From NCBI GenBank assembly GCA_000004695.1, contig CM000152.2, forward strand, positions 5,216,001 through 5,280,000: DNA of 64,000 bases, read 5' to 3'. Shown here piece after piece: positions 52,803-64,000 of this stretch. Positions within the stretch are counted from its first letter, which is position 1. Every line of letters begins with the position of its first letter. The stretch is from Dictyostelium discoideum (lineage: Eukaryota). The notes under the pieces are model-generated. The model did no database searches. It saw only the letters and a program-made list of their open reading frames with translations, and was not told the origin of the DNA. The position numbers were made by a program, and so were the translations under genes.

Positions 52803-55800
52803 TTAATTTTTAAAAATATAGTTTATATGATTTTGAATCATTTTTTCATTGACCATTCCTCCTTCATATGAGTTCATTGATTGTAATAATTCTTTAGTTT
52901 TCTTTGAAACTCCAAATCCATGACCCAAGTTATAAATGTTATATAAATCATCTAATGAATGGAATGTTTTTAATTTTATACATGATAGAATCTTTGATTG
53001 ATTAATGATATTCTTCCATTGTTCATATTCAACCATTTCACATCCATATTGCTTTTCCAAGAATGAGAATGAAGGGTTCATTGCTGAAACTTCACTATTT
53101 AAACTATAGATATTTAATTGATTTGAAGATGATTTATTCCAACATTTTTCATTTCCAATCATTTTAATTGTATTTAAACCTATCCAACCAATTGGTGATG
53201 TTAATATGTTTTTATCAATTTTTGGATACTTTTTAACTGCATAACATGATTGAATGATTAACTGCAAGAAATCAGAATCATGACCAATACCTGTTTCTTC
53301 ATGTGAGAATATAATTGGTGGTCTAATTAACATTGATGGAATACCTCTTTTTGCTGCTTCTCTAAATAAATTTTCAACAACTACTTTACTTTTCATATAA
53401 CCACCTGGTAAATTATTAATATTTTCAATTGTTGGTATTACTGTTTCTTCATCAAATTCTTTACAATTTGGTGCATTAAAGAATACTGATATTGAACTAA
53501 ATCCTACGATTGGTTTTTGATAATCACCAGTTGTTGAAAGTTTAATTAATTCAATGAAACCACCAATATTTACAACTTTACTCTCTTCATAATTTGATGC
53601 CAAATTAATATCGGCACCTGAATTAATTATTAAATTGATTTGATTTGAAATATAATCAAAATCTAATTTTGATAATCCTAATAATGGTGATGCTAAATTA
53701 CCAACTATAACTTTAACTTTTGATAATTCAAATTCATTGTGAAGTTGATATAGTTTATGATGTTTCAAATTATTAATTATTGCATTGATTGGATTTGATT
53801 CTGATTTTTTATTTCTAATTAAACAATATACAACTGAACAATTTGGTGATTTAATTAAGTTTGATAATAAATGAACACCTAAAAATCCTGTTGCGCCTGT
53901 TAAAAATACTTTTGAATCATTTCTAAAATCAATTGGATTCATTTTAATTGCTTGAATTGATTCATCTAATTTCATTTCATTTCTCCAATATTCTAAAGTT
54001 GGTGCTGAATCTTTTTTAATAATATATTTTGATTTTCCTTTAGTTTCATTTGAATCTAGTTTTTTGATTTGTTCTAAAATAATTTGAATATTTACTCCAA
54101 TTGTATTATTTTGTAATTGTTGAAGTGTAATTACATTTGATTTATTTTCTTTATCAATGAAATTCTTTAGTTGTACTGAAGTTAATGAATCTGCTCCATA
54201 ATCACTTAAACGAATATCTGTGTTGATCTTTGATTGTTCAATTGATAAGAGTTCTGAAATTTTATATAAAAATTTCATTTGGATACTTTCTGATATACTA
54301 ATATTTTCACCACCATTACTGTCATTATCTTTTTCTTTGATTGAATTTAAAATGAAATCTAATTTTTGGAAAGTTGATGTTTCTGATGCGAATTTCTTAA
54401 TTGAATCATAGTTAAATTTACTAACAATTAAATTTGAGTATTTATTTGAATTTTGAAGTTGTAAATCTAATGAACCTAAAATTATATTTGTTGGAATTGG
54501 AATGAAACCTTGATCATCTAACATTTTTGAAACTGAATCATTTCTTGATACGAAACCTGATGATTTAATTGTTCCCCAATTTGTGCATGTTGATGGTAAA
54601 CCAATTGATTTACGATATCTTGATAATGAATCTAATACTAAATTTGCAGAAACATAACTACATTGGTTGAATGAGCCAAATAATGATGCAATCGATGATG
54701 CCATAACAAATTGTTTTAATTTCCATGATTTCTCAATTGAAATTTCATGTAAATTAATTGCACCCATCGTTTTAGCATTATGTGAAATATTTAATGATTC
54801 AATATCGATTTCTTCTACTTCTTTAGTTACTTGAGTGAATGCATAATGGAATATTGAATCAATGTTATCAATGGTTGGATTTTCTAATAAAATTTGATTA
54901 ATTGATTTTCTCATTTCAATTGGATCACCAACATCCACACTATTGAAATGGAATTTAGTGTTATTATCCTTTCTTGATATTGTTTTATTGATTAATAGTT
55001 CTAACTCCCATTTTAATGATGATTTTGATAAAATGATAATGTTTTCAAGTGATCCTGTTGGAGGTTTTGAAGGTGAATATTTAATTAGCCATTTTAAGAT
55101 TTCTAAAATAATACCTGATTGACCTGTAATAATTATATTTTTACCAATTGTATTTATTGTATCGATATTAAAATCATATTTTAATATTGTGTGATTCTTT
55201 TCATTGTTATCTGATTCAATGAGTTGATTTAATAATCCATCACTACCGATACTACCATTTGAACAACTATGATCTAATACAATTTTACCAATATGTTTTC
55301 TTTGATTAATATATTCAATTGCTTCTTTGACATCTTCAATCTGGAATGTTGTTATTGGAATTAGTTTTAATTTATTTTCATTTAAAGCATTTGAAATGGA
55401 TTTTAATAATCTTGAAACTACTTTTTTATTAATATGCATAAATTCAATATTATGATAACTCTTGTTGAATTTGAAATTGTTGAAATTTAAAAATTCATTA
55501 TTATTTAAATGGGTGATTGAGAGATCAATGATTTTACCTCTTTCTTTTAAACATAAAAAGTTTGAATGTGTAAATTCATTTGGTAATGTATTTATAATTA
55601 AATCTACTCCGTTGAATTTACCAGTTGTACCATAAAGTTGATTTAATTTTGATTTGATTTCATTGACATAGTTTTTATTTCTTGATGAGTAAATTCCAGT
55701 TATGAATGATCCATAATTATCAATTAAATATTGTTCTTTATCTTTTGAACCTACTGTGACGAAAACTGGTGATTTATGACCTTTCCATTTTAGTATTTCC

Positions 55801-58800
55801 AATGCTGCTAAACCAATACCACCTGTTGCTGAGTGAATTAAAATTACTTCATCATCATCGATATTAAAATTACCAATGTTGAACATACCATGAAGACATG
55901 TTGAAAAAATGATTGGTAATGATGCTGCTTCAATATGACTAATATTATTCGGTTTATGTGAAATCCAAAATGCATCAGTTATAACATGAGATGCAGTTGA
56001 ATCGTGTGATACACCAAATACATTATCGCCTACTTTAAATTCACAATTTTGATTTTCATCAGATATTCTTGTGATAATACCTGAAAATTCGAGACCAAGT
56101 GGATTTTTAGATATTGATATATTTTCATCAATAATGACTAAACCACGATAAATTAAATAATCTTTATAATTAATACCTGTTGCTAAAACTTTGACTTCAA
56201 TTTCATTCTTTTTTAATTTCTTTGGTTTTGATGCTAATTTATATTCTAAATTTGTTGAATCTAAGAGTGTCATAAAATCATTATCTTCGAATGAATTTGA
56301 ATTGAAGTTTGATTTTATATTCTTTTCATTCTTTAATATTTCATAATAAATTGAATTATTTCTAATTATATATTCTCTTTGAATATGGTTATTTGAATTT
56401 TCAATCAATTGATTAATGATTTTATTTAATAATGATGATACTGATAATTGATTATCAAAATCGATTGAATATAGATTTAAACTTGGAAATTCATTAAAGT
56501 ATCTTGCTGTACCTATTATTGATGATGATAAATAGTTTTTGATTTGTGAATCAATAGTAATTAATACATGTTTACATGTTAAACTATGTTTTAAAAGTTG
56601 TTGATTAATTTCAATATATTCCATTGTAATTTGTTTGAAATTATTCATTTCTAATTGTTCCATTGATTTAATAAAGTAAATTATTGAATCATTTGTTATT
56701 GAAGGTAATAGTTGATTAAATTCATTACTATTCGATATTATTTGCTTGGAATTGGTATGATTATTTGAAATTAATTTCATAAATTCATTTGTATATTTTG
56801 AATGTTTTTCACAATAAATGATAATATTATCATTTTTATTGTTTGGAACAACTGTTAATTCATTTGATAATATTGTTGATTTTTGTGATTGTATTACTTT
56901 ATTTGAATTTTGAATTTTGTTTTCATTAAAACCTACATTGATTAAATTATTGATATTAAATTGAATACCAATATCATCTCCAACTATTAATAATAGTCCA
57001 TTTGAAGAAAGAATATTAAATATTGATTTGATGATTGTTTCATCATCACCATCATTATTATTATTAATGATAATATCATAGTATGATGGTTTTAACTGGG
57101 TTATATCATTTTTAAAGATTAAACTTGAATCGTGTAAAGTTGGAAGTTTATCATTTGAATTATCAATGATTGTAAATTCAATATCGATTTCTTGTAAACT
57201 ATTATCATCGAAAATTTGATTTAATGCTCCAATGATTTGTTTTGATAATTCTAAATCTGAAAATGATTGTAAAATTCTAAAAATAATTTTTTCATTAATA
57301 ATTGGTTTGATTGTTTGTTTAATAATTTCTGTAACTGTATTGCTGCTGCTGCTGCTAAAAGTTTGATTATTATCAATGGATAAAATATTAACTAATGAAT
57401 CTTTACATTGTAAGTTATTTGTAAATAATTCAGTTGTAGGATTATTAATTAATAATTCATCAATCAATGGAAGAGTTGAATGGAATGATAAATGTTCTAT
57501 TTCCAATAACTTTGTACCATCTTCTAATAAAACTAAAACTGATGATATATAGCTATCTGATTCCAAGGAGATGAATTTTGATTGACAATAGATATTTTTA
57601 TATTTTAATTTGTCAGTTGGTATATTTTCAGAATAAACTTTTAAACCTTCAAGTCTTTCAAATACAAACTGGCTTGAATTTGTAATGAATCCAATAATGG
57701 CTTGTGCGCAATTATCTAATAGCGCTGTATTGAAAAATGATTTGTCAAATGTTTGATAAACAGGTTTACCATTGATATCAAAGTTTTCGTAGTTTATTTG
57801 TATTCTTGCAATTGTAAGATCATTGCCAAAGTGAAATTCTTCAATTCCTTGGAAAGTTCCTAAATGAGTGATACCTGATCTTAATTTAATGTACTTGTAT
57901 GCATCTTGTTTTGAAAGAGTTGTAAAATAACATTCTGATAGTAATTGATTTATATCATATTTTGATGAGTTATGATCTTTTAATGATATAAGTTGAAAGT
58001 TACCAGTACATGTTTGAACCCATTGATTTGTTTTATTATCTTTTATGTTGAATGTGACTCTATAATCAGTGTTACCTAATTGATAAACGTTGGTTTGTAA
58101 AGTATGTTTGACATTTTCTTTTAAAACAAATGGTGCTAAAAATTCCAAGTTATTAATTACAATATCTTGATTTGGGTAAAGTTTCATAATATTATCAGCA
58201 TATCCAATACCTGGGAAGTAATATTTTCCTTTTACAATATGGTCTTTTAAATATTTGAATGGATTTCTATTTATATCGATTATTGATTCATATGATTTGT
58301 TATTTGATGAATAGTTAATCATTGATTTACCTAAGTTGTTGAAAACGTTTGGTCCATTTAATCTATATTGTTCAAAGTTAATATCAACTTTCCAATAGTG
58401 TTGTTCGTCGAATTGATAGTTTGGTAAACTGATATTGACCTTGCTGTTTCTAATGGAACTGACATCATCATTGTGATTGAATTGACACTTGAAGTTTACA
58501 TCATAACCTAAACAATAAATTTGTGAAATTGTTGAATGAACTTCATCTAAATCATTGGAGTTTTTTTTGTTTGTTGATGTTAATACTGAAACTGAATTAA
58601 AGTAACTTGATGATTTTGGTATCATTTGTTTTAAATAAAATGATAAACTTGGATGTGGTGAAACTTCAATAAATATTAATTCATTACCAAGTTTATTATT
58701 TTCAATGTGTTGATATAAATTTGAAATAGTTTGAGAGAATCTGACAGGTTGTATTATATTTTCATAAACATAACTTGAATTGAATGGAGTAGTTTCATGA

Positions 58801-61315
58801 TTAAATAAATTGGTTGTAACTGTTGAAAATGTTGGAATTGTTGATTGTCTTGATGGTATATCTAATGGTAAAATTTCATTTTTAGTTGAATGTTGACTAC
58901 TTGTGTGGAATGATGATAATGAACCTAAAAATGCACAAAAGATATTATTTTCTTTTAAATCTAATGATATCTCTTTTAAAATATTTTCATTACCTGCAAT
59001 TACAATTGATGTTGGTGAATTATAACATGCAACTTCAATTGTTGGATATTTATTTGAATAAAGTTCAATAAATTCTGAATGACTGATATTGACTGATAAC
59101 ATTTTACCACAACCGTTTGTATTATTTTGAGAAATTGATCTGTGGTAAATTAATTTGCAAACTGTTTGGAAATCTACCATACCTGAACAATATGATGTTG
59201 CGATTTCACCTAAACTATGACCAACAATGAATGATACATTGATACCCCAATGTTTGTATAGTTCAAATAATGATATTTGTAACATTAATATTGATGGTTG
59301 AGCGATTATTGGTTGATGTATTGATATAATATCATCATCTTTAATTGATCTTAATTTATCTAAAACTGAGTATCCATAGTATTTACTTAACTCTTTATTG
59401 AATTTATCCATCGATGATCGGAATATTGGTTCACATTCATAAAGTTGTTGAGCCATTTTATTCCATTGTGAACCTTGACCTCCGAAAACAATAACAACTA
59501 ATGGTTGATTTCTTTTAATAGTAATATTTGAGGATTTGTCATTATTTGTTTTAAAGTACTTGTTTTTAGTTTTTAATTGATCCCAATTAATTGAAATTAA
59601 AACTGATCTTTGATATAATTTCTTTGATTTTGAGTAAATTTGATTCTTAACAAACTCTTTGAATGAATTTGTAGAAAGATTATTATCATTTATTATTAAG
59701 TCTTCATAATTTTTTAATGATTTTACTGAATTGGCTGAAAATGGTATTAAAAATCTTTGTTGTTGTTGTGATTCAATTGGATAACTAGGGTTATTACCAT
59801 TTTGATTGATTGTTCAATAAACTGTGATAAAACTAAACAACAATTTGAACCAGTTACACCAAAGTTATTAATAACCATTGATACTGGTTTTTCATTAATA
59901 TTTGTAAATGGTATTGCTTCTGTTACAACTTTAATATTCCAATCTTTAAAGTTAATCTTTGGATTTGGTTGATCAAAATTAACATTTGGTGCATAATGTT
60001 TATTTTTAAACATTAAACAACATTTGATTAATGATCCAACACCTGAAATTAATATTTATAAAATAAAAAAAAAGTTAGAATTAATATTTTTGGTTTTTTT
60101 TATTTTATTTTATAAATGGTTATAACTTACCACTTGCAGCTTCACTATGACCAATATTAGATTTGAGTGATCCAATGAGTAATGGTTTAGATGGTGTTGA
60201 TGTTTTTGATGAATTTAGAGCCATTGATATGCCTTCTACTTCAATTGGGTCACCTGTTGGTGTTCCTGTACCATGACATTCTACGAAACTAATATCTGAT
60301 GCTTTCATATTTGCACTTTTCAATGCTAATTTGATATTATCAGATTGTGATTGTTTGGATGGTGAATAAAAGTTTGATTTATCATTTAAACCACCTCCAT
60401 CGACATTTGAACTAAATGAATTAATTACACAATAAATATTATTACCATCTCTAATTGCGTCTGATAATGGTTTTAAAATTACAATACCACAACTCTCTGC
60501 ACGAATGTAACCATCTGCTTCTGAATCAAATGGTTTACATTTACCTTTTTTACTTAGCATATTTAAAAATGAAAATGATTTTGAAATGTATGGATCTATA
60601 TAAATAAATGTATATAATAATTAAAAAAAAAAGAAAAAGAAAATTGAAGAATAAAAATAAAATAATAAATGTTTAAATTCTGAATTAACATACCAAGTAA
60701 TAAACTGACACCACCCACAATTGATAGATTTGAAGTACCATTTTGAATTGATTGAAAACCCATTGCAATTGAATTCAATGATGAAGAACATGCTGTATCA
60801 ATTGTCATTGATGGACCTCTGATATCATATGAAAATGATAATCTATTTGAAATGGTATGAAGAACATTTGATGCGAAATAATTTTCAGATGTTTCATTAA
60901 AGTCTCTATTTGTTGTTGAATAATCTAATGTTGAGCAACCAATGAAACAAGATGTATTTGAACCTCTAATATCGATTGGATCGATGAATGCATCTTCTAA
61001 TGCTTCCCATGTACACTTTAATAGTAATCTTGTTTGTGGATCCATTAGGGGTACTTCTGATGGATTGATTGCGAAATGAACTGGATCGAAATCACTCCAT
61101 TCTTTTAATGGTAATAATCCACCAAATTTATTATTAACTTCACCGAGTAAATTGATATTGTCACTCCATCTTTCTGATGTTTCAACAATACCACTGAATC
61201 CATTCTTTAAATTATTCCATAAATGTGAAACACTACCATTATTAATTGATTCTTTACCTTGTGGAATTCTAAATCCAATACCTACAATCGCAATTTCTTT
61301 ATTTTTAAATTCCAT
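52803..61315 (-). pseudogene. type I PKS copy B: near-identical paralog of copy A, 3 exons with a frameshifting 4-nt deletion in exon 3. Exons about 60694..61315 and 60130..60595; exon 3 is the two fragments 59812..60042 and 52803..59811, broken by the frameshift at 59811/59812
   Basis: Line-by-line, the sequence matches copy A with 0-4 differences per 60 nt (offset about 10.8 kb). Same domain motifs (KS 'GHSEAASG', AT 'GHSLGE', R '[10 protein letters not shown]'). Relative to A it has (i) an extra 98-nt intron 60596..60693 (GTATGT...tatatag) splitting 'LLL|D|PY' in the KS domain; (ii) the shared KS-C-terminal intron 60043..60129; (iii) a 4-nt deletion at about 59811/59812 (A 'GAACACTCAATCAGTCTAAATGG' vs B 'GAACAATCAATCAAAATGG', minus strand). 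This puts '[10 protein letters not shown]' into a frame that stops after '[18 protein letters not shown]'. The remaining 2217-codon ORF (52803..59456 and open up to about 59811) is in another frame. No plausible intron rescues it. The pseudogene call assumes the sequence is correct. Confidence 0.7.
60596..60693 (-). other. copy-B-specific phase-1 intron within the KS domain (absent from copy A)
   Basis: B has 98 extra AT-rich nt that begin GTATGTTAATTC and end TTTATATAG exactly between codons that are contiguous in A ('TTACTTG|ATCCATAC'). Confidence 0.75.
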
Positions 61316-61932
61316 TTTTTTTTTTTTTTTTTTTTTTTAGTACACCAAAAATAAAAATAAAATAAAAAAAAATAAAACAATTTATACCATTTAAAAATAT
61401 TACTATTTTGAAGGACCAAAGTGAGAAATGAAAACTTTGCTCTTGATAGTTATGATTACATTCCAAAGGGGGCTGATTATTAATTAATTTTAAATCTTTT
61501 GGTTATAAAAAAAAAAAAATAAAATTGAGAATTTTTAAAAAAAAAAAATTAAAAAAGAAAATAAAAAAAAATTAAAAAAAAAAATTAAAAAATCTCCAAA
61601 AATATCTTATTACCTAATTATCATCGGGAAAAAAAAAAGTTGATTAGAAACAAAAATTATTTTAAATTTTTATTGGAGCCTGTGGTTTTTGCAAGATATT
61701 TTAAATAACACTTTGAAACCAAAAGTTGTAATTAGTAAAAATAAAAAAAAAAAAAATAGAAGATTATATTTGGGCAAATAAAAAAAAAAATTTTATGGTA
61801 TTAAATTAAATATTTAATTTAGCCATGAGATTTAAATAATTTAAGATTTATTTTTTACACTTTGGGATTTTTTTTTATTTTTTTATTTCCGGAACTCTTT
61901 TAATTAAGGATGTTGTAGGGAATTTTCAATAA

Positions 61933-61993
61933 AATTTCACTACAGTAGCGTAGTGAATTTTATTATTTAATTTCACTACAGTAGCGTAGTGAA
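61933..61993. repeat. tandem direct repeat of a 23-bp GC-containing unit 'tttcactacagtagcgtagtgaa' (2 copies, 14-bp spacer)
   Basis: Directly visible. It lies between the PKS-B 5' region and the retroelement fragment. Function unknown. Confidence 0.8.
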
Positions 61994-62420
61994 AAAAAAA
62001 AATCACTGACCCTAAATTTTTTTTTTTTTCAAAAAACAAATAAAGTTTATTAAATTATTATCTTTTATTTGATTATTAGTTCTATTTAAGTTTTTTTATT
62101 TTTTTTTTTTTATTTTATTTTTTTTTTTTTTTATTTTATTTTTTTTTTTTTTTTTTGCGCCAAAATTTTTTTTTTTTTTCCCCAACAAAACTTTTTTTTT
62201 TTTTTTTTTTTTTTTTATTTTCATTTTCCCAAAATGAAACAAGATAAATTATTTAAAATTTATTGAAGATAATAATTTTGAAAATACTAAACATAAAAAT
62301 TATAAATTTTTACATGATGAGTAAATATTTTTCCTTACCATAACACAATCATTTTTTAAATTCTGACCAATAAAAAACAGAAACAGAAAAGAAAAATTAT
62401 TTAGAATTGAAAAAAAAGTC

Positions 62421-64000
62421 ATGAATTGTGGCGGAGATAGAAATATATCAAAAGAAGTGTGTTTAGAAGTAATTAATGATTATAGAATGGTATCACTCTG
62501 GGAAGAAATGCATAAAGGTCATATAGGAAGAGATGCAACCTATGGGAACTACAAGACTAAATATTATAATATGGGATTGTATTCTTTTGTATCTGATGCA
62601 GTAGATACGTGTGACATTTGCCAACGAAATAGAATAAAAGGTTTGGTATCAATCATTTTTTATATGATGTTTTGTAACTTTTATATTAAAACTCTGTGAA
62701 AGTATGGCACTGCGATAATGGACGTGAATTTAAAAACAAAGTCCAAAAAGAATTCCTAAAACTTTTTCCAGGCTCCAAGTCAGCACATGGAGCTCCTCGT
62801 ACACCAACAACTCAAGGTATGGTAGAAAGATTGAATCGAACTATCAAGGAGAGGATCTCAAAATTAAAACAACAAGAGTATGATATTGTGAACAATATAA
62901 ATTATCGATATGTTTATTAATTAATCATTTATAAATAAATTTTAGTTTTCTTGATGGTACTTCTAGGTCTCTTTCTGAACTATTAAAACAAGCTTTGTAT
63001 GATTACAATAATACAAAAACAAGAACAATTAAAATGACACCATCTCAAGCTGTTGGTATTGTACCTTTGTTTATTAATGTGCAATCAGAACAAGACTCTC
63101 AATCAATTGGTGTTTCAGATGTTTCAAAAGAAGAAATAACAGCTATTATTCTTGAAAATCTCACAAGTTACCAAAATCAATGGAATTCAAAACCACCAAA
63201 GGGATTGAAAGTTGGTGATACTGTACTCTTTCTAGAAATTAAAAAAAATAATGTAAGTAATTAAAACATAAAGATTAATAATATATGAAACAGTAATAAT
63301 TAACAAATTTTATATTTAATTCTAATAGAAAATATTGATTTTGTGTAAAATTCATAAGGTAATACAGGAAGACACTAAACAACTTTATAAACTTGAATTT
63401 TTGGAAGATGGAATCAATAGCCTTCAAAAAAAAGGTTTATACTCTGGTTTTGTAGGAGGTAACAAGTTGGTTCTTTATAAACAATCAACAGTTGATATTT
63501 TTAGAACATCGCCAAACATACAAAAAGATATTGATTCTTTTACTTCTGGTCTTTATTTAAATAATGATGGGAAAGTTATTGAATTTCTGGTTCAGTTTAT
63601 TAAAAATCTTGGTAAGGATTTATCCAATTTCAACTTGCATCAATTGGTAACACAAAATGATCCATTTAGGGTTTTGGAAGATGCTCTTAACAATCCATCA
63701 AATATTCCACCTATCATTAACGATAATCCATTTCAACACAAACTCAATAATGAAATGGAACAAGAAGAAATACTCCCATTTTTAAATAATAATCCAACAG
63801 CGCCAAATTTAATGAATTGTTTGAGAAAGGATATGAATTTAAAAGAAATAGTACCACCAATACCTCAAGTGCAAATAATACCATCATATACTATACCACA
63901 ATCTGGTAGTGGTATAGTAACAACTGTTAAACGTCTCAGAGGCCGTCCTCATAAGATACCAATTGTTAATAAACCTCCTTTAAAATCACATTCTAAACCA
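62421..64000 (+). mobile_element. degenerate, 5'-truncated Ty3/gypsy-type LTR-retrotransposon pol fragment (integrase zinc finger, DDE core remnant, C-terminal region); continues beyond the window
   Basis: 'HKGHIGRDATYGNY...CDICQRNRIKG' is the integrase HHCC zinc-binding motif. 'WHCDNGREFKN...HGAPRTPTTQGMVERLNRTIKE' is the rve-core DDE region (second D and E). The ORF is broken into at least 3 frames (62421..62699, 62696..62920, 62995..63264, then an open frame to 64000 ending '...KRLRGRPHKIPIV', AT-hook-like). Only about 20 aa separate the zinc finger from the 'HCDNGREF' motif, implying an internal deletion. No RT/RNase H or LTR lies upstream within 61340..62420. Confidence 0.65.

Noticed and set aside
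43380-59071. Short plus-strand ORFs inside the PKS genes (43380..43634, 46440..46763, 48055..48303, 49691..49906, 54220..54411, 58886..59071)
   Set aside because: They are antisense to a strongly supported 8-kb coding region and have no codon bias of their own. The paired occurrences in A and B simply reflect the duplication.
59700-59900. Rescue of the PKS-B frameshift by an unrecognised intron
   Set aside because: The only GT...AG pairs nearby (for example GTAATAACC...CAAAG, about 50 nt, GC-rich) are far shorter and less AT-rich than real introns here, and have the wrong length modulo 3.
61933-61993. tRNA gene hypothesis for 'tacagtagcgtagtgaa' (A-box-like TAGCGTAGTG)
   Set aside because: No B box, no acceptor or anticodon stem pairing, AT-rich flanks, and the unit is tandemly duplicated. 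It is more likely a repeat or retroelement remnant.

Overview
The window is an extremely AT-rich eukaryotic genomic segment. Three hallmarks point to Dictyostelium discoideum or a very close relative: long poly(A)/poly(T) intergenic tracts, (AAT)n-encoded poly-Asn runs inside ORFs, and short AT-rich introns with GTAAGT/GTATGT donors and AG acceptors. It is not a prokaryotic locus: there are no operons, CRISPR arrays, rRNA genes or convincing tRNA genes.

I can support roughly 25 protein-coding genes, most with 0-2 small introns. Housekeeping genes include Sec23 (COPII), an LYRM1-like LYR-motif protein, Nse4, acyl-protein thioesterase, a UCH-type deubiquitinase, a class II aldolase/adducin-domain protein, a mitochondrial-type aminopeptidase P, PIG-U, Vps33, and ubiquitin-like-domain and B-box proteins. 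Several look lineage-specific: a ponticulin-like GPI protein, an HssA-like micro-exon gene, a tandem SnoaL/NTF2-like double-domain protein, a five-exon Ser/Gly-repeat secreted protein, and several Asn/Gln-rich hypotheticals.

The dominant feature is a head-to-tail tandem pair of near-identical ~8.4 kb type I iterative polyketide synthase genes on the minus strand (42026..50453 and 52803..61315). Their domain order is KS-AT-DH-(degenerate linker/psi-MT?)-ER-KR-ACP followed by a C-terminal NAD(P)-binding thioester-reductase (R) domain. The distal copy carries a 4-nt frameshifting deletion and an extra intron absent from the proximal copy. It abuts a degenerate, 5'-truncated Ty3/gypsy-type integrase fragment at the window end.

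Coordinates of splice sites were derived by eye and may be off by 1-2 nt. One 1-nt discrepancy between my reading of the text and the supplied ORF track near 61261 could not be resolved.
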